Assembly (NCBI GenBank): GCA_040437565.1
Contig: JBDOQK010000014.1
Location: 186,001-250,000, forward strand
Reading direction: 5' to 3'
Length of the DNA stretch: 64,000 nucleotides
Source of the DNA: Albugo candida
Taxonomy: Eukaryota
Made by a program: the position numbers and the translations under genes. Below, piece after piece: positions 1-12,118 of this stretch. How positions within the stretch are numbered: position 1 is the first letter of the stretch; each line of letters begins with the position of its first letter. The notes beneath the pieces were generated by a model that did no database searches, was not told the origin of the DNA, and saw only the letters and a program-made list of their open reading frames with translations.

Positions 1-553
1 GCACAAAGGTGTGGCATTTGCTGCGCGTCAGCGTTCTGTTATTGCGTGAATGGTAGCATCTCTTTACATGCCGTTGTCGTTCGATGGAAGCAAATTTTTC
101 AATGTTGATGTCGAAGTCAAGTCGTTTGCATCCGCTGTATTGAGAAACAGAAAGTATGGCGTCAGTTACCATTTGCCTCCGTTCTAGCATGACTGCCTTG
201 CTACAATGATCGCTCTCTTTACAGTACAATTCGCACGCTCCACAGTTGAAGTTGGTGGAAGGCAAGTCGCGGAGAGGGCAAAAGGTTCATTTATCTGAAG
301 AGTAATCACGTAGACGTGAGTGAATTTAATTGAAAGCATGTCAATATAATTTTTCTGGTCACGTAACGTACTAGGTAGTGAAAAGGAGTGAATAAAAAGT
401 ATACAAAGTATACTTATGTGTACCACCTGATTTAAAAAAGGAGGTAATTTAACCAAAAAGGGAATGAATATAACAATTCCCAACAAAAATAAGATAACGA
501 GGAGTATCCAACGATATTACTTTGCGTTTTTGACATCAAACCATTTGTGAAAT

Positions 554-1561
554 ATGAAAACGCATTGTTTAAGCACTGAGGAGGAAGTTACCATTGTCAG
601 ATTGCATCAGGCAGGCTCAAAATCACTGCTTAAACAGGTTTCAATCAGTCAACCATTTCGACAGTGCTACAGAACTGTCGTGAAAGGGGTAGGACGGAGA
701 GTCCCAAGTCAAGAGGAAGACCACCAAAACTTTCAGAAAGGGAACGCAGTTCTATTGGGCGCATGGTGATGCAAAACCGGCGGGCGCTACTAGCAGAAAT
801 CGCGAACAATGCGAATACTCCGGCATCGCCAGGCACAATCCGTATCGCCCTCCAAGAAATGGGGATCGAGCGCCGCATTACCGCCAAGATTTTTTGACAG
901 ATAAGCACAAGGTCAAGAGATTGAAGTTTGCTCGGAAATACAAAAACTGGACAGTACAGGACTAGAAGAAGGTCATTTGGAGTCCACCTTTGATATTGGC
1001 AAGAAAGGTTATTGTGTGGCTTCGCGTGGATGAAAGTTCGTTTTTTAATGTTTGGCGCCAACATTTTGGAGTGAATGGTCCTCGGTGATGAGAGGATTCT
1101 ACAGATGGTCATCATGCCACCCCAGCATCGCACTTCCCCTGACTTTGTCAATCTGATCTAAGACGCTGCACTTGGAACATGGATGGACGACTAGGATGAC
1201 AAGCAAGACTTAATTATTATGGAGGATGGTGAACCAGTCTACCGTAGTAGTGCAGCAAAGACCTGGCGTGAAAAGAGATCGCTTGCACAGCTAGAATGGC
1301 CTGCCCCAAGGTCATGATCTCAACTCCATCGAAAACCTGTGAAAGAAACCATAAGATGCCGTCCAAGACGCGACAGGCCATAAAATATCGCAGAAATGGC
1401 TACCATACTTGGTGAGGAATAACGCAAGGTATCTCTCGAGATGCTTCGATACCTAGTGGATTCAATGCCATCGCGAATTGCTGCTGTTCTTGCTGCCAAG
1501 GCTGGATCATCTCGCTGGTGAGCCCTCCTCAATGCCACGCACATTTTCGACGAACACTGTA
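554..1561 (+). pseudogene. Degenerate Tc1/mariner transposase
   Basis: Frame-switching fragments: HTH region SRGRPPKLSERERSSIGR...TIRIALQEMG, then LTDKHKVKRLKFARKYKNWT...KVIWS, later FIIMEDG...LEWP. Multiple stops and frameshifts. No matching TIR pair found. Confidence 0.75.
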
Positions 1562-2425
1562 ATTCCTGCATATAAATACTGCAGCAAGGACGTTAATAGA
1601 CTTCATTGTCAGCCTTGAGCATTGTTCTAGAATTATTGTGGCTCTTTGATCATTAGAAAATTGATTCTTTGCCGAGGTTGAAGCGATAACTTAGCCCTCA
1701 CATCAAAATAACGTATACTTGTCGTAGGCCACTATATATCGTTGAATTATGGGCAGTACGGTACAAGTAGATGTGCGGTACAGAATCAATGGATGTTAAT
1801 TGGTAGACTAACTGGTATGGTGAACAAAGGACCTTGAATAAATAATATGTATACTTTTGGCTCATGCTGTTTTTCTGGATATTCCATCCCTCTGATCAAG
1901 GGTCTCGAGTAGTCTACCACGGAGAATATCACACTCCCACCACAACAAGCATGAGTGGATTCAGTCAGTTGGTTTTCTTTAATTTGTAGTCATATAAACC
2001 ATACCTTTCCCACACCACCTGAAACCCCTATTTCTATTTTGTCACGCTCCATCAGCACTTACTCGTTGTTGTGGTCACCCAAACGTCATTATGACCAGCA
2101 CTTTATATCCGAACAATGCACTAAATGTCGCGGTTTTACTCATCCACTCAAGAGCCAGTTAGTTGCAGTCGAATGAAGGTGTTCAGTGTGAACACCGCGA
2201 TCTTGCATATTGATCAAAGACTCGAACATGAAATCACCCGCTAGTCAATTATATACATTTTCAACAAAGATTAACAGCTATTGTACTGTGCAGTACTTCA
2301 GCAAATTGTCTAAAAAATATCAACAAGGTCTCCAAATCATCTCTCAGAAGGAATAAACCGATACCCTGCTGCCAGGTCGATCATAGAATCAGCAAATACC
2401 TATCATATAACGAACTTTTAATATA

Positions 2426-4007
2426 CACTCCGCGCCATAAATATAGGGACAACCGTTTATTTTCTGAATTGTGCTTAGTTTTTTTTCTTTGTTTTGACTA
2501 ATGATTGAATAAAACATTTTCCTACGTTAAGACAAGCATTTTGGTGTTTTGTTTGTGTTGATCGGATAAGTTGAAAAGTGGGAAATTTGGTGGGAAGGTA
2601 CACAGACCTGCGCGACATATTGATAGTGTACACCACCACCACTCGACCACACAGGTAGACAACGCACTTTTTTCGCATTTAGTCAACATGGATGGATTCT
2701 TCTGAATGTTTTCTGCATGCTCATAGTCGAGTTAAGTGTTTTTTTGAAGCGAAGCCATGGGGCGAAAGTCGGCTCTGACGAGTACGAGAAAGGGAAAATT
2801 GACGCCCAAAGGTGGAACAAAGAAACTTTAGGGACGATTGCTGCGAGCCTAGGGCGCTCCACAGACATCGTCACGCTTACCTAAGGAATCCTGATGGCTG
2901 TAAAATGAAAAAGAGCCCTGGAAGGAAGCCGAAACTCGGACCGCGTGATGTGCGGTGAATCATCAATGCCGCGATCAGCGGTGATTTGTCCATTGCTGCC
3001 ATCACCAACACCGTGAGCCCACGGTTGAGCAAGAGGAACGTTCAGTGCTTTCTCCAGCGAGCGCCTCATCTTGTCTATAATAAACTGAAACCCACGCCGA
3101 AACTCACGAAGCGCCACCACACGGCACGACTTGAATGTGTCAAACAGAAGCTCAAGGATTGCACTGATTGGGACCGGATCATCTTTTCAGACGAGAAGCG
3201 GTTCACGCTGGACGGACCAGATGGTTGCAAGTATTATTGGCACGATATCGGTTTGAAGCAAGGAAATTTTATAGCCGTCAAAGTGGAGGGGGTGGCATCA
3301 TGGTCTGGGGCGGTTTCTCCGCAAAAGGCTTGACATCCTTGGCCACATTGAATGGTCGTCAGAACTCGTTTGACTACCAGGAGACGTTAAATAACCATCT
3401 ATTACCTTTCGCATATCGTGAACATCAAGATGGCTACGAATTTCAGCATGATAACGCAAGTATCCATACATCTAAATCGACCGGTGCCTTTTTCAAGGAC
3501 CTCAAACTCAACGTGATGAAGTGGCCGTCTCTTTTGCCGGACCTAAATCCGATGAGTATCTCTGGGGTTACATTGCGCGTTCTGTTTACGGTAACGGGCG
3601 CCAATATCACTCGTTTGGCGAGCTTGAAGCGGCATTCAGGGAAGCGTGGTCAGAAATCAGTCAAGAACGGCTATATGCGCTCTTGAAATCAATGAGCGAT
3701 CGCTGCTTGGAGGTCATTGAGCTAAAGAATTTCAAGACACACTACTAGCACCACTCTTGAAACATAAATGCAGTGTTCAAAGTCGACGAACGCGCAATAT
3801 AACAGGTGTTCCTTATCATTTTGACGCGGCCTATTTTCACTTTTTTGCTCATAACTATGGATTAGAAAATCCAATTCTGACTTTGAGTAAATTTTCCAAA
3901 CAGCCGTGCTTATTTTAATCTAATGTATGTATAGTGCAATCAATCTACACTTTTTTCACATCTTATCCTAAGAAAAAAACGTGTCCCTATCTTTATGGCG
4001 CGGAGTG
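2426..4007 (+). mobile_element. Full-length Tc1/mariner (Tc3-like) DNA transposon, ~1.58 kb
   Basis: 26-bp TIRs: CACTCCGCGCCATAAATATAGGGACA (2426-2451) and TGTCCCTATCTTTATGGCGCGGAGTG (3982-4007), 1 mismatch. Flanked by TA on both sides (2424-2425, 4008-4009). Encloses a DDE transposase. Confidence 0.93.
2757..3748 (+). pseudogene. Tc3-like DDE transposase, frameshifted
   Basis: Motifs IIFSDEKRFTLDGPDG, GGGIMVWGGFS, FQHDNASIH, WPSLLPDLNP/EYLWG are split over several frames (ORFs 2986-3333, 3168-3686, 3521-3748). ATG at 2757. Confidence 0.9.
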
Positions 4008-7000
4008 TATCACGATCTGCCTTCTCTGCTAGATTTGCACGATTAAAATGACAATAGCACNNNNNNNNNNNNNNNNNNNNNNNNNNNNNNNNNNNNNNNN
4101 NNNNNNNNNNNNNNNNNNNNNNNNNNNNNNNNNNNNNNNNNNNNNNNNNNNNNNNNNNNNTTTTGCTCATAACTATGGATTAGAAAATCCAATTCTGACT
4201 TTGAGTAAATTTTCCAAACAGCCGTGCTTATTTTAATCTAATGTATGTATAGTGCAATCAATCTACACTTTTTTCACATCTTATCCTAAGAAAAAAACGT
4301 GTCCCTATCTTTATGGCGCGGAGTGTATCACGATCTGCCTTCTCTGCTAGATTTGCACGATTAAAATGACAATAGCACTTTATTTGTGCACTACACGCTT
4401 CATCTAGAGGTTTAAAATTTGTCGCTGCCTTCTGATGAGCGGCTGTATAGCAATCCAATAATATCATATCACTTCCGGGCTCGATGTCTTGCTTTAGAGC
4501 ACATTCAGTACCGGAATGAACGATCCCGTTCCTTTCCTCATGATAGATACAGCGAATGTGGCTGTCCCTGCACCAGTACCTCGTTTTTAACTGGCTATTT
4601 TTGGTTGACGAAAAAGATAAAGAAGACTAAGAAAAAAAGAGGTCAATCCATCCAGTATTAATTGAACCTCGGCCTTTTTCAGTCCAGACATACAATTTTA
4701 AGCGAAACGATCACACCAAGTAAAGACTTCATTGAAATGGCGGAATTCTGCATCGTACTCTTACGAGACCAATCATTTAGCTTTGATTATGACCAAATCA
4801 CACGAAAAGAACCTGGAGCGCAGGGACCAAAAACCGATGTACTATTTAACCACTCCAGATAACGAGCGCTATTTCCTTTCTCATTCTCACCTCAATTTTT
4901 CCCTACTCTTTTTCAAGCCGTCGGCTCGAATAGAACTTAAAATTCGCTTTCCATGAGATGTACCAGATGATCTCATGGAATCTAAATCCCCTGCTTCAAT
5001 TTTACGTACAGAGCTCAAAAGTTGAGGTTAAATCGACATGAATTATTGATGTATCGTCAAGTACATCTAAATTGTTATACGAAATACATCAACAAATAGA
5101 TCACGTGCCGATTGTATCGATCACAAAAGATAAGTATCGCCAGAGATAGCGTGAGACGCCGTTATTCGTCGTTGCCAAGTATGCGGGAATAAACGGTCCG
5201 TATTTGCGATCCAGTACGAATGCGAAGCGGCTAACCGATACCATCGAAGAGCTTTACGCAAGTGGTGATAATAATAACAGTGATTTGTGGATGCTAATCG
5301 AGATGGCTATATAAAACGACTCAGACCTTCTCTGGTGCTTTAATGCTGCAATTCTGCTGGTGGGAACAATCATGAGATAAAATCGGTGTTTGGGCGATGA
5401 GTGTTCGATTCTGTTTACGATCGTATGCGTGACAATCTCGATCTGGCTTTTGTTTTTCTTGGTCTAATTTTTTGTCAATCGTATTCATCGAACAGTCATT
5501 CTGTTGAACTTGATAGGCTTCTTTGTATATTAGCTGGTTTCCGCCACAAATAAAAAAATCGATAAAAAAGGTCTCCGCCCTAGCTCAGACGGTATATAGG
5601 GCAGCGCTTTGAGTTGATCCAAGCGGAAGCTTGATTACATTTGCATCCCCATATTAAGAAAGATAGTTGAAGAACCGGATAAAAGTGCGATTAAATCCTT
5701 GATACCCCCTATGCACGTGGCCAACAATGTGTCTGCACATAACCAGCCCCTGAGCGCGGCATACGAGCTCCTGTTGAAAGAACATTAGGGTACCCTTTTT
5801 CCTGGCTCGGTCACATTCAGCAGTAGCCACAACGCTCATCAATATTTTGCTAACGTTGCGATATTCTTCTTTCATGACAGCACATTCCACAGCCATCACG
5901 CAGTTCTTGATCATCCGGTAATAAAAACAAAGACAAAAATCGGCAATTTTGTAAGTACGGCACCATCTTCGCTCACCTACCAGCAGAATATTAGCCGATC
6001 CAAGATTCCAGCAGCCAATCCTTTGGAAAACATAACGATGCGGAGGAGGTGAAGATGGACCAAGTTCTATAGCTATGCAAACGCTTTCAATCGATTGGCT
6101 ACACTCGAAAACCAGCGTAGTGCTGATTTACTAGTTTGATACGGTGGGAGTGCATTATTTTAGCTCAGATGAATGAAGTGCAGGAATGAAAATGTCATAC
6201 CTGGATGCAAGACCAGCGCAGCAACTACGGGACCGCATGGTACAATTCTCTGTCCACGCCATGCACAAATTCACGATGATATGTCGAGGGACTTATCGAG
6301 TGAGATTTCCGGCCGCAACGGATATGAAGCTTGAAATATCCCCGGTCGCCGAAAAGGAAGTCTACCAGGTGGCTTGGAGCGCCATTAGCCCAGTGATGGC
6401 ATTGTTTTTTGTGGCAGCAGTCCTTTGCATAGCAAGAGTAAGTGGACTCTGGAGTGAAAGAAGCAAGCTCGACTTCTTCGGAAGGCGCCTTGGCGGAAGT
6501 GATTTGCACCATATTGAACGGCAACTTAACAGGGTGATTAAGTAATCAACCATAAAAGGGTGATGGATCGTATACAGTAAGCTGTTCGTCCCAACATCAC
6601 CGAGATTCAATCGATGAAGTACTTCATGGCTAAGAAGTCGAGTTGAAGCTCTTGCAGCAAGCATTTTTTATTCTTGTCCACAATCAGCAAACCAGTGGGT
6701 GAATATGACGATGTGCTTTTGGCAAGCGCAACGAAATATGGAACCGTGATTCCAAAAAAGCGCTGATGTTTTGCGTGAATACAAATCGATTCGAGACTCG
6801 AGAGACAGGCAAAGGAGCTTTGCCATTTTGTGCAACTGATAAAAATTGATACCAGAAGTCAAACTTCGAGAGAAGCCAAGAAAACGAGATGTATCCAGTG
6901 CTGTAAGACAATCGAAGCATACGAAGCTGCAGACGACATTATCATGTCCCATCTCCTGAAAATTTGGACATTATGGACATTCCAAAGCGACTGTGGGATT

Positions 7001-7910
7001 AGGAGAGCTTAACTGGAGACATCGTATTATGAGTTGACATAGCTAATTCGAGTCTTCAAGCTCAGAAAACCCATCGTTCTTATCCATCGGGACTAGCAGG
7101 CATCTCGTAACGGATTTGAGTTTGCTTGGGAAACGGAAGGAATGCAACGAATCATGCATACTTTCAAATGAGCAGTAATGAAGATGAGATGGGCTGGATT
7201 GGTGAAGATTATTGCAGCAGTCAACGTTATACCCAGGCATGTTCTCTTTAGCGATTTAGCGATGTGCAACATGCGCGGAATTCCCATAGAGAATTGTTCG
7301 TCTGGAAGTTGCAGCCGAAAGGATGCATATTGAAGCATCAAGTTGCTGGATCGAGAGTTGGCCAGAGTACTCTGGATGGTCTTTTTGTGCTCAAAGTAGA
7401 CAGGGTCAAGAACGTTTTGTTGTTGAGACAGACATTATTTCAAATCTATCCGTGTACAATTCAAACAAGCAGCGGGAAAGATTATTATCCATCAACAACT
7501 TGATTATCTGATAGACGATACTCTCGAGAAAAAAGCAAGCTTTTCGGAATCAGTGACTGACCATGGGTGACCGAAATGCATTACGTGTGCGGAAACCAAG
7601 TGCACAAAGAATAAAACCTTCAAGAAAGATACAGTTCGGATCTCATCAACGTTGCGAATTGGTGGACTTACATGCAGTGATAAAAGGATTCGATAACGCC
7701 GTATGAGCGACTGGAAGCTGTTCTACGCGATGGTGTCGGAGGAGTGTACAGGAATGTCGACGAGTTTTGTGAAGAAGCCGGAGTACGAAGCCAAACCAGT
7801 GAGGCCGAAAACGAAGCTTCGGATGGAAATGCTGAACAAAAGCATTGGATAGTCATGTACTGGTGCGGTCTATTATATTAACAACTTCTTTCGCCTTATA
7901 TTTTTGTGGG

Positions 7911-8413
7911 GAAGCCTCTGAATATACAACGTATCTTCTCAATAGAATTGAGACTAAAATGGGTCCGCTCCAGCTCAGGTAAGGGTTTTCGTTTGTAGTA
8001 CTTATATTGTACACTGTTTGTTACTACCGTTTGGCGATTATCTACTAATGCTAATCAGTGTAATGTAACGCTCTGGAAATCCAGGTCCAACTCGCGTACA
8101 TTTATTCTCTGGTGTAGTTGCCAGCGGTCTTGGCACGTCCATAGCCTTCATTAAGTAGGTTTAGCAAGCAGATCCCCTGGTCGCTTGTTATACTCCCGGT
8201 AGTGTCGACAACGGTTTGATCCCTCAAGCATAAAACTATGAAATATCCTCCTCAATCCAGGCTTAAGTAATAAACACACGGTCACGGGGTCATCATAGGA
8301 TAAGCCAAGGTAGTGAAAAGATCCAGATAGACAGTTTAACGAAATCCTTGATAATACAAAAAAATTAGAATAGAGGCTATACGTTGTATATAGAATATCG
8401 GATCAGAGCCTTC
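7911..8413. mobile_element. Possible MITE / non-autonomous TIR element
   Basis: Perfect 13-bp inverted repeat ATATACAACGTAT (7922-7934) / ATACGTTGTATAT (8379-8391), plus an outer 10/11 match GAAGCCTCTGA / TCAGAGCCTTC. No coding capacity inside. Confidence 0.35.
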
Positions 8414-8859
8414 ATGACGTCATAATATGACGTAAGATGACGCATATGAATGATGTAAGAAGAAAAATAATCAGCTAATTGGACATCGTCTTCCGCCAAT
8501 CAACAAACGCTTGTGTATCCTTTTGAAGTGTCATGTATAGGAATGGGCTTGGATTAGCAAACGTACACTAAGGACCCATAATTTCAATTTTTTCTATTTT
8601 ACTTTTTCCTGTTCGTTAGCAAATGACAACAGTTTGACTTGATCTCTAGGGCTTTATGCTCCACGTTTTGGTGGTGTAGACCACCTTAGGGACTAAAAAC
8701 TTGCTTTAGATTCTGATGTTTCAATCATCAAGTCAATAAACGCATGTTTCGATTTTGTCGAAGGTCATGTGCTTAGCCATCAACTTCACCAGCCCTGCAA
8801 AACAGATTCTGAGACCAAAATCGATTAGACAGCATGGGTTTAGCGCAAAAAAAATATCT

Positions 8860-10890
8860 GCATGGTATTATACCGCTCGGATGAAGCTAGCAAAGAAGAA
8901 ACTTGACGGACATATCGACACAATCAAGATACCGAATGAGCCAACAAGGCAATGTAAATGCGGGAAGTCCGTGATGTAAAGGCTTTTGCGAAAGTTGCGA
9001 CCATGATCATCAGAAATCTCCATCGATTAATTTTTCGGCAATAGGTACAGTCAACGCGGTAAAAGTACTGAGCAATACGTTCGTTCGGCGAAACACACAA
9101 TTGTAAGAAGCTAAAACGAAAAGTACACGGACACAAAATAGAAGAAAGAGGGAAAGCGCTGGAGCCTAGCATGAGATCTGATGAGATACGTAAAAGAATG
9201 GCCGTAATTTGAGCCATCATCGATCAAGAGTAGCAAGTCATCCATTTGTAGGCTAGTCTCTCGGAAGAATTGGAGTCAATTGTGAAAATCATCGAAATTA
9301 TATCAAACACGGACATGATGCAAGCGACAGAATTGGTTCAGCGTGAGTTCGAATCGCTTCGAGTGAAGGAGTCTGGCTCGCTTGTTTCGTGAGCAACCAT
9401 GCAGTTCATAAAACAAGAAAAGCAAGGTACAAACAGCGCGATGGACTACTGCGTGACGTCAATGAAAGGTTTTGGTTGCAGCCGCATTGACAAGGCATAT
9501 TACATGCAGTTATGGAATCCTCCATTTTCCAGAAACAATTGGTTACTGGATAGTGGCATTAGCACTCACATGAAATTGTCTGAAAAAGAATTTATGGATC
9601 TTGAACTGCTCAAGCCATCGCTTCATCGTAGCAAATCGCCCACAATCAACAGCCACAAGAGTTGGAACTATTTCTATTATGTTGGATAAAAAATGGCGTA
9701 GGAATAAAAATCGCTGATCTGTAATAGATTCTAGGCATGGTTACTCAACCAATTATCATTATCAGCTTTGGGGTCAAGTCTTAGTTGGATAGGAATGAAT
9801 TCGAGAAAAAAGAGCTGTGTATTAAAAGAATATTTAAGTCTGCTAACCTATCCTTCTTGTGTGTCTGATTTACCGGTATTCCGCACACTCGTCTCAAAAC
9901 GGGTGATCGAAACCATTCACTCCCTTTTGCAACTGAACCTTGACGTGTTACACTCCTCCTCGATCGCCTCGTGACTGTGATGTTCCTGTTAGCGAAGCTA
10001 AAAAACACTCGCAATTCCATCAGTCTCGGTGCCGGGAGTTCTTTGGTTAGGAGGTTCGCCATCATCATTCATGATTCGACGTACAATGGCGCGACAATCC
10101 CCGTTTAGTGAAGTCACGAATGAACTTCACTCGAATGTCCACGTGTTTTGTGCTCGTCATGCTTTCTTCGGACTTCAGCTGCTCAATGGCTTCCTGTTTG
10201 TCCATCTTCATGGTCTTCGGCTCGAAGAAGATTAATTCAATCTCTCGCACGAGCTCACGTAGCCACAAAAGTTCCCGTCCAACGTGAGACGCTGACGTGA
10301 ATCCAGCCTCTATGGTGGAAAGTCATACACCAGTATGCTTATTGCAGATCCATTATATAATCGCACCATTCATCGTAATCACTCCACCCGTAACGGACTT
10401 CCGATCTTGCTTGCCGTTTGCGAAATCCGCTCCAGCTCTCAAGAAAAAGCTCATCTGCACCCGACGCACACTTTTGGATGTACAACTTCAATTCCTTTGT
10501 ACCCTTCAGATAGCAAGCAACCTAGCAACCTTTTTCGCTAATTTCCAGTCTTGAAGAGTCGGCTGCTTGTCAAGAATTTCATTACACTGTTTATCTGGTT
10601 CTTTAACTATCTTCCTTATTCCCATCACGAGCCTCTGACCGTGTGAATATCACTTAAGTCTGACTTCAAACCTAGGAAGGCAGATATTTTCTAAGCTTAT
10701 TNNNNNNNNNNNNNNNNNNNNNNNNNNNNNNNNNNNNNNNNNNNNNNNNNNNNNNNNNNNNNNNNNNNNNNNNNNNNNNNNNNNNNNNNNNNNNNNNNNN
10801 NTCTCGCTCTTGCAACTGAACCTTGAATTCTTACATCAAGTGCAATCATAGTCAAGTTTGAAGGACAACAGTGTAATGTCACGAAAAAGG
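8860..10890 (+). mobile_element. Decayed Ty1/copia gag-protease fragment, interrupted by a nested insertion
   Basis: Gag-like WYYTARMKLAKKKL and ASLSEELESIVKIIE, protease motif WLLDSGISTHM (~9540-9572). Joining across the insertion restores NQLSLSALGSSAIIVKFEGQQC, which resembles the copia post-protease segment. Confidence 0.75.
9779..10835 (-). mobile_element. Ty1/copia LTR retrotransposon remnant (RNase H, PPT, LTR ends) nested in another copia
   Basis: Minus-strand RNase H motifs ADFANGKQDRKSVTG, LSTIEAGF, TKHVDIRVKFIRD, MANLLTKELPAPRL. PPT GAGGAGGAG is followed directly by LTR start TGTAAC at 9952. A similar LTR start TGTAAG...CAAGGTTCAGTTGCAA lies at 10835. TCAAG occurs on both flanks (9774-9778, 10836-10840). 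Most of the interior is missing or in the gap. Confidence 0.8.
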
Positions 10891-11751
10891 TCGAGTGGTG
10901 ACTAATTATGCAGGTACATGAGTTACAAACCGATGTCAAATCTCAAAAGGGTCACAAAATGTGTCGATTGAATAAAATTGGATCTACATCAGGATGATGA
11001 TCATCATCCGTGAAGAAAAGTTCAAACAGGAGATTGAACATGAGGCAGCTTGCAACATTAGAGGACATTGCAATTAAAAACAGCCAAAATTTTTGAACTC
11101 GTACATCCTAAAGTGGAAAATATAAGATCAGTTATTTCATCACAACAGTATCATACAAAAATCCGTTATCGGTGACTACTATGCATATTCCAAGGAAAAC
11201 CGGTTCTAAGTGATACTCACGAAACCAAAGCATATTTTTTAATGGGAATCGTAATTCAGCACTCACCTTTTCTGTTATCAGCACTCAGCCTCCATTAATT
11301 AATAGACTTTTGGCCTCTGATTGGTTAAAATAAGTATGACAGAATAAAAGAAGTAAAATTACGGGAATCGTTATTCAGCCCCAAACTTTCATAAAGTAAT
11401 GGCAACTGTAGCCTCTGGTTGGTCGGAATTGATGCGATGAAATAACTAGAAAATATAAGTCATACTGTTGTTATGTTCAACTTCAGTTTACCTGTAGACT
11501 TGACGACATCTACAATGGGTTATCTTGCGCCCATGCTTTTCGTCACCAAGTAATACCGCTGTCTAGTCATGATTTTTGATCAGCATTGGTAACTGGTACA
11601 GCCAATGCCAGTTCATATTGAGGGTGGGACCATGCCAATTCATTGAAGAGGNNNNNNNNNNNNNNNNNNNNNNNNNNNNNNNNNNNNNNNNNNNNNNNNN
11701 NNNNNNNNNNNNNNNNNNNNNNNNNNNNNNNNNNNNNNNNNNNNNNNNNNN

Positions 11752-12111
11752 AAAAAATGACAAGGAAAAGGCTTCAACTTACGAGCTTTGGCAAGCCTTT
11801 TCCAATACAGTACAGGTGAGCATGCGGACAGTACCTCTTGGCGGATGTTTAATGAGTCTTGGGCTAGATACGCCGAAATGCTTTTAAACCAATTCTCGCG
11901 ACAACCGCTGGCAAAGATATATGGAATAGGTGACAATCCAGATTCCGATATCCAAGGAGCCAATCTTGCACAGAAATGGAGCTCCATTTTATTAAGAACT
12001 GGAGTTTACGATGGGAAGACTTGTCTGGAACATAAACCTGACTATCTATGCGACACTATTGAGCACGCAATGAGATGGATCTATGACCAACACCGATTTC
12101 CTTATAATTAA
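11752..12111 (+). CDS. HAD-superfamily class IIA hydrolase (HDHD5/CECR5-like), 3' part only
   Basis: FGKPFPIQYR, intron 11816-11867 (GT..AG), then YAEMLL...IYGIGDNPDSDIQGAN...WSSILLRTGVY. The 5' part is lost in the N gap. Confidence 0.85.
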
Positions 12112-12118
12112 ATGGTCA

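Noticed and set aside
4161..4379. Second Tc3 element or tandem TIR at 4300-4325
   Set aside because: Exact repeat of 3844-4060 directly across a 100-N gap, so an assembly overlap.
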